A DNA stretch of 64,000 nt from Strigamia acuminata. Lineage: Eukaryota. Position numbers and translations under genes: made by a program. Where the stretch lies: NCBI GenBank assembly GCA_949358305.1, contig OX442314.1:9052001-9116000 (forward strand), written 5' to 3'. Under the pieces are notes generated by a model. That model saw nothing but the letters and a program-made list of their open reading frames with translations, was not told where the DNA came from and did no database searches. Of this stretch, positions 52,828 through 63,344 are shown in pieces. The stretch's first letter is position 1. Every line of letters starts with the position of its first letter.

Positions 52828-54743
52828 GGTCTCCTAAATGGCTGGTAACATATGGGGCACAACGGATGCCAAGTTGCTGTATCTACCAAATACCACCAAT
52901 CCTTCGGTGTTTTCCTCCAGGCTGTGCCTTTCTCAGGACATTTGACAGTTAATGGTGGTTTTGGCGCTGGTGGAAACGTGACAATTGACGTAGAGCACAC
53001 ATGGTCCTTTGGGACGTCTGCTGGAGGTGTCAGAGTAGCTAAATTTATTTTAATTGTTGCCTTCTGAGCCGCCTCGGCGACTGTGCTCTTCTTAATTTCA
53101 GGTTCAGCATCCGTGTCGCTGCTACTACTACTCGTATCGGGTTCCTGCGCAGGTGGAGATTGTTCTGGTCTCGCCTGCACTGCAGCTAACTCGATTAAGA
53201 ATTGTTTTCGATACCTCGCAAAACGTTTGACGTCCTGGGACACGAGAGATTTGACATCATCGTCTCCTTTGGACTTCTCCGCAGCCTTGAGCACTGTGGG
53301 GCGTTGCGCATCACGCAGAGAGGGCATTCGTTGATCAGCCATACCCAGATCTTTGTATTCGTCTGCTCGAATGGTGTCCAGCTGTAGACGATTGTCGATG
53401 TCATTACCTCTTTGGATCGCCTCGTCCAGCGAGTTTACGTTCCATGCGCGCAAGAGATGAACAACTTCGGTTTGCATCATGTTCTGAGCTTTCTCCCATT
53501 GGAGCTCTGGGTCGGTATATCCTGCAACCTGAAGATAATATACAATCTCACTTAAAAATGACATCGTAGACTCTCCATTTCGTTGCTTTCGCTTGGATAG
53601 CTTCACATTGGCCGCTGCCGAATTCATGGCGAAAGCTCGTCGAAATAATATCTCAAAGTCCTCCCATGTTTTTGGTTTTGGTTTTAGTGATAACCACCAT
53701 CGCTGCGCTCTTCCACGCGTTGCTTGAATGACAAATACTTTTAAATATTCATCCACCGGGGCCTGCATAGAATACATGTGCGCGTACAAATGCGCAAGAA
53801 AAAGATTAATGTAATCAAGATCGGCTTTATCTGGATCAAACAAAGGTGGTTTTCCAGGCTTGAAACAATTTTTATCTTTACTTGCGTGTTGCGCTCTTAC
53901 TGACGGCAGTGACAACTTTGCCTTGGTGTCGGATCTATCCCGAGGATATCCCATCTTGGAGTATAGCATCGAGCTCATTAAATCTCGATTTGCTCGTGTT
54001 GAATGGTCCAAATGAGCAGATTCCTGTGATGGAGCCTGGGTATAGATCGTTGCCATCGTCGGCATTGGCGGCGTGGTTGTTGTGTAAACAATTTGCGCAG
54101 CCTGCGCGGACATTTTCGTCTGCTGGCCTCGATGTTCAACTTCCCGTTGCTGGTGCGGACATGCTGTGGGAAGTCCTAAATCATATGGTGCCGAGGTGCC
54201 TTTAACTCTTATGGAGCCATGCGAGGATCCACCGTCTAGAGACCGTGCGGTCCCTGTTCGTAGAGAGCGAGGGCCTTGTTGGAATATTTCGCGAATCTCA
54301 TTTACTAGACCTCGTGTTTGAGCATAGTATTGGTTGCGCAAGTCGGACATCAGCAAACCTTCCGTATTTAATGTGACGGGGTCTACTAATGCTCTAGGCT
54401 GAGTCGAATCGAAAAAAGATGGCGCCGCCAAAAAGTTAGCGGGTGTTGACGTGGCAAAATTTACTTGAGGTTGCGCTCGTGAATTTGCAACAGCCATTGT
54501 CATGATATGATTTGATGGGGCTGGCTGTTGTTGCGCAATACTCACAAGCGTTTCCTGTTGTTCGATACGACTTCTTCGTAATTGGTCGTGTTGCTGCCAC
54601 TCTCGAAATTCCCTTTCCTCTTCCCGGCGAACACCACTCCTCCGTTCGGACTGTTGCCATTCCTGCTCCATTTCTAACTCACTGAAATCAAATGGATCGC
54701 GCGTGACGGGACGAATTCCGTCACCTCCCAACTGTCTCGACAT
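52773..54743 (-). CDS. gag: Element Y Gag
   Basis: GRAQRWW...TWEDFEILFRRAF...RKQRNGES retrotransposon capsid signature; first ORF after PBS. Confidence 0.9.
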   Translation of the reverse strand: MSRQLGGDGIRPVTRDPFDFSELEMEQEWQQSERRSGVRREEEREFREWQQHDQLRRSRIEQQETLVSIAQQQPAPSNHIMTMAVANSRAQPQVNFATSTPANFLAAPSFFDSTQPRALVDPVTLNTEGLLMSDLRNQYYAQTRGLVNEIREIFQQGPRSLRTGTARSLDGGSSHGSIRVKGTSAPYDLGLPTACPHQQREVEHRGQQTKMSAQAAQIVYTTTTPPMPTMATIYTQAPSQESAHLDHSTRANRDLMSSMLYSKMGYPRDRSDTKAKLSLPSVRAQHASKDKNCFKPGKPPLFDPDKADLDYINLFLAHLYAHMYSMQAPVDEYLKVFVIQATRGRAQRWWLSLKPKPKTWEDFEILFRRAFAMNSAAANVKLSKRKQRNGESTMSFLSEIVYYLQVAGYTDPELQWEKAQNMMQTEVVHLLRAWNVNSLDEAIQRGNDIDNRLQLDTIRADEYKDLGMADQRMPSLRDAQRPTVLKAAEKSKGDDDVKSLVSQDVKRFARYRKQFLIELAAVQARPEQSPPAQEPDTSSSSSDTDAEPEIKKSTVAEAAQKATIKINLATLTPPADVPKDHVCSTSIVTFPPAPKPPLTVKCPEKGTAWRKTPKDWWYLVDTATWHPLCPICYQPFRRPENSEGLKFGKPVEPGRK

Positions 54744-54825
54744 GATGAAGAAAATGTGAAATGATTAAATAAATAACTCAAAAAACTAACCTTTTCGCGC
54801 GTTTAAGCCTTATAGGTGAGAGCGA

Positions 54826-54843
54826 ATCCTGTCAGGCTCGCCA
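54826..54843 (-). other. Primer binding site of Y (probably tRNA-Arg)
   Basis: TGGCGAGCCTGACAGGAT, 4 nt from LTR; resembles complement of the tRNA-Arg(ACG) 3' end from memory. Confidence 0.75.
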
Positions 54844-54847
54844 TGTT

Positions 54848-55519
54848 TGTTACGAATCAACTTAGATGTTTAATTGATTTGATCTGAATTTACGCGCAAG
54901 GTGATGTTAGCGCAAATCAGCGGGCAAAGTTCGTAGATTTACTCTGTTTGTGCCATCGTCATATGCGGATATCGGACGGTGAATAAACCTAACTCGCTGT
55001 AACACACATTATTTATATTCGACGGGCTCAATCTCACGTTGTGGGTCTTTACGTTTAAAAAGAATGAGTATGCGCAGTGATATTCGTATGCGGGTGGGCA
55101 TAGGATGTCACAGGCATGCGAAGGGATAAAAGGTGGGCAAAAAGAGGCGCTATTAAGTGTTAAATTAGAAGGGGCGCGTGTTAAAGCGCAAAATAAAGAT
55201 TGACAAACTCAATTCAATCTAAGAGGTGTTAACTCGTTGAAAGAGGTATGAGAAGTGTGGATTATGGATAAAAGTAGCGACCAGGTAAACATGAGTCATG
55301 TGACCAGGTCGATTGGAGTGGGTGAGGGGGTGGAAGGTATAAAATAAGGTTAATTGTTGGAAATAATAAGATGCGCGCAATGAGGCTGCGCATATATTTA
55401 GAGATGATTCATCAATGTTAGATGAAAAGAAAGATTGGGAAAAAATAAGAAAACTTAAGATTGGGTCAGTCTAAGTTAGAAATGAATAAAAAAGAAGGGT
55501 GGGTAACCTGCCCGTGACA
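54848..55519 (-). repeat. Element Y 5' LTR
   Basis: Direct repeat of 41498-42169 at offset 13350. Confidence 0.97.
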
Positions 55520-58500
55520 GTTGTTTCACTGTTGTAGAAACGTCTGCCTTTTCGGTGAGTCTCACGTCCACCCAGCGACTGGCTGCATCCACCATTACGA
55601 ACGCGTAGCAGTGTCCGCCAGTGGACTTCAACTTTTTCCCGAAGTAGTCGACGTAAATGGTCCGAAACAACCGTCTCGGTTTCGCGGTCTCCATCTCGCC
55701 ATACGGTAGCCTCCGCTCGACCTTCGCCCTTTGACAAGGTTCACAAACTTTAATCCAATTTGCTACATCTTTTTTCATCCCTGGCCAAAACACACGGGTT
55801 TTTAGACGCATCAGTGTTTTCTCGATCCCGAGATGGCCAGAGGTTGGTGGGAAATGTAAGCAATGAAAATACTTGTAACGAAGGGATTGAGGGAGGTAAA
55901 TACGACGCGTAGGAGCTCGTTGACCGATCTTAGTTGGTGGAAACTTGCAGAGCAGACCACGGTGTAACGCCATGTCCACTGCTCGTTTCTTAAGTTCTGC
56001 AGCTTCCATCTCACCTGGCGGCAGAGACCCTGAATTGAGATATAATATAAGTCCCTTAGACCATTCATCGGCTAGTTGGGCTTCTTTAACGGCTTTCTGT
56101 GTTGGGAGAATCTCAATTGTCGGATGATCCGCCGGAAGTGAGTAGAAACTCTCGTCAGACGAGTGCTCAGAGTGGTCAAGCAACTCCGCATCGATAGAGG
56201 GTGTTGGTGAAACCAAATCTCGCCGTGGTTGGGTCCTCGGTGACAAGTCCCGTGGAATCACAGGAATTTGAAACTCCTCGGAGTCCGTGTCTCCCGGCAG
56301 CTCCTCACTGTCCAACGACATTTCGCTGGCCTCCGAGCCCGTAGAGCGATCGAGGATGATAGGAGTTTTCTTTTTCGGTCTTCCGACCGGTCGCTTCTCC
56401 ACAACCTTTTTGGGTCGCCCCCGTTTTCTCTTCTCAGGAACGTCAATTGGCAAAGAAACTGCACCTGACTCTTCTTCCGAAGTTGGTGGAATAGGACGCG
56501 TTACGGGTAAAGATTTAGGCTGCGTCATGTCCCCGCTGGCCGGAGTCTTCCGCGGACGACCTCTTTTCCTTTTTACAGGAACGTCTTCCTTAGGCAAAGA
56601 CACCGCCACAGATTCTTCGTCCGACATTGGCAGAGTAGGCTGTGCTCCCGGCAAGGGTCCCGCCTGAGTCGGCCCCTTTGCAATGGGATTTTTCCGTGGA
56701 CGTCCCGGTCCTCTTTTTGGAGGGGGCTCGTCCTCCACCGGACATACGTCCACTGCCGTAGCCGACAAGGCGTTCAATCTCGCCAGGAACGCACGTTTCT
56801 GCTTACGCATTGTTACCGCTCTAACGATTTTACAGTTGGGTGATTTCCAATGAGTCACCTCATCTAACTCTTCCATTTTGGGTACTGGCCAGTCGTTGAA
56901 ATCATCGAAGTACACACAGTAGTACGTGTCATCCAACGCTGGACAGTCTTCGTCATCCAGCTCGATCGGCGGGTCAACTGGCGCCCGACTCAACGCATCG
57001 GCGACCCGATTCTTCGTACCACTACAGTGGAGAACTGTGAATCGGTATTCCGACAGCGAAAGAATCCATCGCGCCAACCGGCCCTTTGGCTCTCGCTGGG
57101 AAAACAGCCATACCAAGGACTTGTGATCACTCTCTAGATAGAAATCCATCAACTCGAGGTATGCTCTAAAGCGTTTGACGGCCCAGACGGCGGCCAGGCA
57201 CTCAATCTCCGTCGTATGGTAATTCTTCTCTGCACTGTTTAGGGCCCGCGATGCAAAGGCAATTGGGACGCGTACGCCGTCATTGTTGATCTGCATCAAC
57301 GCAGCCCCTAGACCAGAATAACTCGCATCGGTTTGTAAGATGTAAGGCTTACTCCAGTCCGGGAAATTCCTGTGCAAGGTAGATAACGACACTTGATTTT
57401 TGAGATACTCGAAAGCCGCCTGATGCGCCGCCGTCCAGTTCCATGGCGCATTCTTACGCATAAGAACTCGAAAGACCTCACAAGTCTTGGAATATCCTGG
57501 AAAGAACGACGAGTAGTACCCGATCATGCCCTTGAAGCGTTGTAATTCCTTCAAGTTAGTGGGGGCCGGGTACTTGCTGATCGCGTCGGTCTTCTTTGGG
57601 TTAGGACGGATAAGTCCCTCCTCGACAATATGTCCGAGCACCTCAAGACTTGTCTTGCACAACTCCGTTTTTCCCGCGTTCATTGTGAACCCCGCTTGGT
57701 CGAGCAAAGTGAGCACTTTTTGCAGGTGAGTCACATGCTCTTCGAAGGTCTTACTAAACACGATTATGTCGTCGATGTACACAAAGACAAACTTGTAGAG
57801 ATGCTCAGCTAGAGTCAAATTCATGGCCCTTTGTAAGGTGGCAGGGCCATTGATCGGACCGAAGGGCATACGCGTATACTCAAAGAGTCCCCTGTGGGTG
57901 ATAAACGCGAGATATCGTTCATCTCCAGGTCGGACCCCTATTTGGTGGAACGCTTCCCTTCCGTCGATGATGGAAAACCATTTTGCCCCACCCAGATATG
58001 CAAAGATGTTGTCGATATCTGGGAGGGGGTAAACATCAGGCAAAGTTTGGGAATTGATCGGCCTAAAATCCATTGCGCAGCGCCAGCGTCCGTCCTTTTT
58101 GGGGACAACTACGGGCGCCACGGCGCAGTCGCTTTTGGAGCGCTTGATTACTCCTTGCGCCAACTTTTGGTCGATATAGGCATCGATTATTTCCCTTTTT
58201 GCCGGATTCACCGGACGTACCGGGACATGAATAGGTCGGAAGTCAGGCTTCAGATTCACCTCAAACTGTGTGTTATTACAGAGCCCCAGTTCCTCACGAA
58301 AGATATGAGCAACTGGTTTCAACGCATCCATTAAGTGATTAATGCGTTTTGGCTCCAACTGATTACACAGCTGATCATACACCCAAGCGAGGTTGGTAGG
58401 ATCTCTGTTTGGGATGTATTGGACGAAATTAACATCATGCTGTCTTGGAGTACCTTCCGCCATTTGACAAGCAGAAGAGGTCTCCGCGTTGTCGACGACA

Positions 58501-59708
58501 TTTCTCTCTCCACTCGGAGAATCTGCAGTCTCAACCAACGTTCGTTTAGCCACCGCTTTAACTCTTGCTTTACGCAACTTAATGGCTCGACGCATCTGAC
58601 TCAAACACATGGCCTTTTTCCCAGGTTTACGCGTAACTCGCACGATGTGCTTACGTGCGGTTTTTTCACGTCTCTTAGGTGACCATATGAAGGTCCATTT
58701 TTGAGCGTCTTGCCCTCTCCGAGCAACAACCACTTTGACAATACAAGGATTGTCTTCGTGTGGAGGCTCAAATAACTCCACTTCAAAATTACGTTTGCCC
58801 AGCAAGACGCAGTTAGCTTCACTAATTGGTGGTTTTGTGACGACCACAGGTTTCTCCTCTGCCTTCTCCTCCTTTGCAGGAATCTCGGGGGTCAGTTCCC
58901 GCTCCTTTTGGCCGACAAGCTTGACGGGCACCGCCGTTTCCTCTGGCTTGGGGACCGGCGGATTTCGCAAAGCCGGAAGGTTGTACAGAGGGGGCCCCTT
59001 AACCGCAATTCCCTTCGGAAGGGAAGGTTGTTCCTTTGTTAAAGGGAATAAGATCACTGGATCAGATGCCCTAGCTTGCTCTTCCGTGAGGAAGGGATGC
59101 CTCGTGCCATCCCCTAAGAGGAACCAGTATTCGTTGGCGTGGTCTGTACAAAGACCAACTGCCTTGCAGAAATCCAGCCCCAAGAGGAGCTCCTGAGACC
59201 CCTCCTCTATGATGAGGCAAGTAAAGCAAACTACCGCCGTAGGAGCACGGACGGCTAGTTGTGCACAGCCAACCACTTTGGTAATATGATTGTCGGCTGT
59301 CCGGATGGTCTCGTCCAGTTTCACCATTTCTATGCCTATCTCTTTTGCGAGTTTTTCATACAATGCCATGGTCATTATGCACGTCTGTGCACCGCTGTCC
59401 ATCATTGCAATGAACTCGATATTGATCCAGGCGATTTTAACAAAGGCCGCGTCTCGCCGACAACGGTCCTTCAACCCGATTATCAATTTCGGCTCTTTGG
59501 AAGCCAAAAATTCGGGTGGTGACAACATAATGAAATTTGTCATTTTCGGCTTAGAAGCCGCTAACGCGGTGGTACTGGTCTTCTGCAACGCAGGGGGTAC
59601 CATCCAACCGCTTGTGCTATCTAAAGCTTCCAACGTCCGACTTATTTGGGTTTCGGGTCCGCTGCCTTTCCGTTGGATGGTTTGGACAGTGGACCCTGGT
59701 CGTTTCCC
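55520..59708 (-). CDS. pol: Element X Pol (interrupted in integrase)
   Basis: MMDSGA; YIDD; LQTDAS; four GRP AT-hook-like motifs; HHCC; first DDE Asp. Confidence 0.95.
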
Positions 59709-61711
59709 GGAAACTGCCAGGGCTTAAAGCAGTGGGGACATAATGCGATGCGTTTTTCAATATCACGCATGTACCATCTGTCCTTCCGATTGCGCACCCA
59801 CTCAGCTCCGGGTGGCAACGGTGTTATTGGGGGGTTAGCCGTATTGGCGAAGGTGTGGGCAACATGTCCACATTGTGCCGCCCCCACAGCCGGAGTAGGT
59901 TTATTCTCCGGAACCTTTACAGACGCGTTTATTTGCGGCTCTGGGGCTCTCGACGGTTCAACACTAACAACGGACTGTCCAGCAACACTCTGCAGGTCCT
60001 CACCCGTTGCCCCAACCAACTCAGCCAACGCAACCAATTTCCTTTTATCAAACTGGAAGCGACCAGGCGTAGGCTTTTCTGCTGTCTTTGTTTTGGCAGG
60101 CTCTACCACCTTTTTGGTCGCTTTAACAGCTTGCTTATCCTTATCCTTGGATTGAGGTCGAGGCACCGGACCTCTTCTCACTCCGCGCTCATCGAATTTA
60201 TACTGCTGAAGAGAACGCAACGCCAATTCGCTGTCAGCCTCTTGCCCCATCTCTATGGCCTGCGACATGAAGCGGACTCCGTACCGAGTCATTGCATCCG
60301 TTATCTGCGGTTGAAGGCGATGTTTCGCCATATTCCATTGTTGCCTATCCCCCCGAATACCTATCATCTCGAGGTAACGACTGATTTCACATAGAAACTC
60401 AGCCGTATCATCCCCTACTTCCTGCCAGGCATCCGTCAGGAAGACCGTTGCTTCGGCCTCCTTGAGGGAATAACGTTTCCGGAAACGCATAACAAATTCA
60501 TCCCATGTTTTTGGTTTATGGCGTAAGTGCAAGTACCAATTTAAGGGCTTCCCACACAGCGCCAACGGAATGAACAAGTCAATATACGCTTCATCCGGAA
60601 TGCGCGTCATGATATAATGGGCGCGCAATTTCGCTAGGAATCTTTCGACCGCATTATAGGATTGGTCATCCTCATCAAATATCGGCACATGTTCCGACCT
60701 CACATGCGACAAGTCATATTGATTATATCGCGTCTGCGGCCGCTGCCGGGGCGTCGGCGTTACCGCTGCTGCTTGGGCGTCCCGCGCCCGTTGCAAACGC
60801 GTATTTACCGAATCCCCCCGCGCAGCCGCTGCGCGATCAACACTTGCTGTATCCGGCAAGCTAACAGCTGTCGACTTTGAGCGTATAATACTCCTCATCA
60901 CCTCACTGTTACATTGTGAGGGCGTACCCATTCGAGACCCCGCGCGAGCTGTCACGTCCGATGGTCTCTCATTTGAAGGTAAACGAGGATTTACATCCCC
61001 TTGTAACCTTCCTACTACTGCTATTCCTTGCCTGTTCAACTCGCTAGGCGTCAGAATGCGTGAAGACTGAACACTTCCCCCAGGTTCCCTCTGACCGTCA
61101 GAACGAGGTCCATCACCAGGCAAAGGGTTATGAGGTCTTTGCTGAGCTGGTGGAATTACCTCCTCCTCGGGCTGTACAGCTAATGCCACGATTTCGGCCC
61201 TAATCACTTGTCTCACCCCCACCAGAGTCTCATCTCTATAATTTCCCAGTCGGTAGTCAACATGCTGACCAAACTGGTTTAATGCTCGGACCATACGCTC
61301 ATTCATGGCCAATTCCGCATTTTGCAAATACGGCAGCCATTCTGGAGGCCGTTGACCAGCCTCTTCTTCCTCCTCCTCGACGTTATCCTCAGGACTACTC
61401 CTTTGTTGAGGTGGCGCCGAAGGATTTGGTTGCACGGGCGTTAAAAGATCCGAAGCAGACGCGTCGACATGGGACTCACGCGTAGAAGGAGTAGTGTCCG
61501 GGCAGTAGGTACTATCCGTTGAAGTGGATTTATCTTCTACCTTTACTCGTGTGACATTCCCGTGTGGTCGCAAAAGGTACGGCGGCCCACCGCCTCTTGC
61601 CACGGGCAAGCCATACTCTGAGCGGGTTCTCGGAGGATGCGCATCAAGGGGACGCCGTGGAGTTTCATCACACAAGCGCTCCCCAACTCTACGCATCCAG
61701 CTAGGCCACAC
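59642..61711 (-). CDS. gag: Element X Gag
   Basis: GKPLNWY...KTWDEFVMRFRKRY...WQEVGD capsid signature; homologous to Y Gag. Confidence 0.9.
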   Translation of the reverse strand: MWPSWMRRVGERLCDETPRRPLDAHPPRTRSEYGLPVARGGGPPYLLRPHGNVTRVKVEDKSTSTDSTYCPDTTPSTRESHVDASASDLLTPVQPNPSAPPQQRSSPEDNVEEEEEEAGQRPPEWLPYLQNAELAMNERMVRALNQFGQHVDYRLGNYRDETLVGVRQVIRAEIVALAVQPEEEVIPPAQQRPHNPLPGDGPRSDGQREPGGSVQSSRILTPSELNRQGIAVVGRLQGDVNPRLPSNERPSDVTARAGSRMGTPSQCNSEVMRSIIRSKSTAVSLPDTASVDRAAAARGDSVNTRLQRARDAQAAAVTPTPRQRPQTRYNQYDLSHVRSEHVPIFDEDDQSYNAVERFLAKLRAHYIMTRIPDEAYIDLFIPLALCGKPLNWYLHLRHKPKTWDEFVMRFRKRYSLKEAEATVFLTDAWQEVGDDTAEFLCEISRYLEMIGIRGDRQQWNMAKHRLQPQITDAMTRYGVRFMSQAIEMGQEADSELALRSLQQYKFDERGVRRGPVPRPQSKDKDKQAVKATKKVVEPAKTKTAEKPTPGRFQFDKRKLVALAELVGATGEDLQSVAGQSVVSVEPSRAPEPQINASVKVPENKPTPAVGAAQCGHVAHTFANTANPPITPLPPGAEWVRNRKDRWYMRDIEKRIALCPHCFKPWQFPGNDQGPLSKPSNGKAADPKPK

Positions 61712-61908
61712 ACTCTTGGAGTTATCCTCTTTAGGATGCCCTCTTCTGCCATTGCGTCAACTCAAGCAATTTAGCAGCAAAACTCAAATGGATGATCCAC
61801 TCTAAAAAAGGCGAGTAACGATACCACTCGACCTTTGTTTTCCGAATAATGATTACTAGCCCACTGGAAACAGTTTATACGGCTAGCAATCGAAAAGCTA
61901 CGGGATAT

Positions 61909-61926
61909 TCCCGGGTTTCGGCACCA
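61909..61926 (-). other. Primer binding site of X (tRNA-Phe)
   Basis: Plus strand TCCCGGGTTTCGGCACCA equals the metazoan tRNA-Phe(GAA) 3' end with CCA; 2 nt from TGTGATGG LTR edge. Confidence 0.9.
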
Positions 61927-61928
61927 AG

Positions 61929-63060
61929 TGTGATGGATCGCGAGTCTAGGTGGTTTAGAAGCGTTTGAAAGACGCCGCGAAACAGTAAATTCACACACCC
62001 TGGTAGTTTCGTACCTGCCGTAAATCGAATGTGCGCAGGAAGTGGCAGCTAACACACTCTCAGATACTGTGCACCACACTAATATTTATTTGTGGCCGGG
62101 TATCCCGAGCTGTAAAACTCGGGGACAGAATGTCCGGTAGTCGCGTCTGAACCAAAACCCAACGCGTGACCCGCCAACAATCGTGTTTTCACACGAAGGC
62201 AAACGAATGCACGTCTCGTAGTGGCTCATAAGCAACCCCAAACTGTCGAGTTTGAACGAGGATGGGCGATTTACTCGTGCTTATACAACGCACGGGCCCT
62301 AAACCCAACTCTAAACCTGACTTAATGCTTAATTAAAGCTAAAGCCCGAATGGCAGGCGGCTAAACTAAGCTAAACGCACGCGCAAGCGAAATGAAAGAC
62401 ACAAACTTCGAACTTATGGCCAACAAATCCTGTTTGGCCTTGGATAACGCGTCACGGCGATAAAACATGAACAAAAAGGAGCAGAAAAACAAATGGTGAA
62501 CGAGTGGTGTAAAACCGTGAGTTAACACGCGAAATGAAATGAAAGCCTGAAACCGTGTTGCAGAATTCCAGGGCGAATGCAAAGCTACAAGTGAGCTTCG
62601 GAGTTAAACCTCAGCCATGAGCACCGGCTCCAAAGGAGCACCTACGCGTTCGGGATACTGAGATCAACTGAAGAAAAAGAGGAAAAATAGGGTGAGAGGT
62701 AAACTTGGACTCAACCAAGCTTGACCAATCACGGAAGAGTCAAGAGCCAATCACCACTGTCGGTGCATACTGATGAGTATGACTGATGACGACGCGTGAT
62801 GACCAGAATAGATATGCAAAGAAGTTTGCATCCAAATCATAAACGAAAGAGAAAAAACTAGGAGTAGATAAGAGAAAAGTGAGAGAATGAAGAGAAAGTT
62901 AGGAGTGAGTAAGGGATAAGATAGATAGAAAATGAGGAAAACTCACGAATGAACATAAACAATACAACAACACAAGGTAAAGACAAATTAAGGTTTAATA
63001 CAACACAAACACGGGTTAACAATGCGTAAACTATACGCGTAGGAAACACGGGCCGTGACA
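61929..63060 (-). repeat. Element X 5' LTR (1132 bp)
   Basis: Termini TGTCACGG (63060, minus) and TGTGATGG (61929, plus); adjacent PBS. Confidence 0.85.
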
Positions 63061-63344
63061 AAGAAATTTCAATAAATATCAAGAAATTTCAATAAATATC
63101 AAGAAATTTCAATAAATATCAAGAAATTTCAATAAATATCAAGAAATTTCAATAAATATCAAGAAATTTCAATAAATATCAAGAAATTTCAATAAATATC
63201 AAGAAATTTCAATAAATATCAAGAAATTTCAATAAATATCAAGAAATTTCAATAAATATCAAGAAATTTCAATAAATATCAAGAAATTTCAATAAATATC
63301 AAGAAATTTCAATAAATATCAAGAAATTTCAATAAATATCAAGA
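63061..63344. repeat. Perfect 20-bp minisatellite (AAGAAATTTCAATAAATATC)x14 + AAGA
   Basis: Direct reading; no variants seen. Confidence 0.99.

Larger units (their letters stand above)
41498..55519 (-). mobile_element. Ty3/Gypsy element Y, intact, 14,022 bp
   Basis: TG..CA 672-bp LTRs, TSD GTTG (41494-41497 / 55520-55523), PBS, PPT, open gag, pol, ORF3. Confidence 0.97.
40765..63060 (-). mobile_element. Ty3/Gypsy element X (interrupted by Y; 3' end truncated at TTAA)
   Basis: 5' LTR, PBS, gag, PR-RT-RH-IN order; integrase continues in frame across the Y insertion. Confidence 0.92.

Noticed and set aside
61909..61926. tRNA-Phe gene
   Set aside because: Only the 3' 18 nt including CCA; it is a PBS
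63048..63060. X LTR terminus GTCACGGCCCGTG matches a satellite subunit of the array
   Set aside because: Only 13 bp, TGTCAC-type termini are common in Gypsy; no further similarity seen
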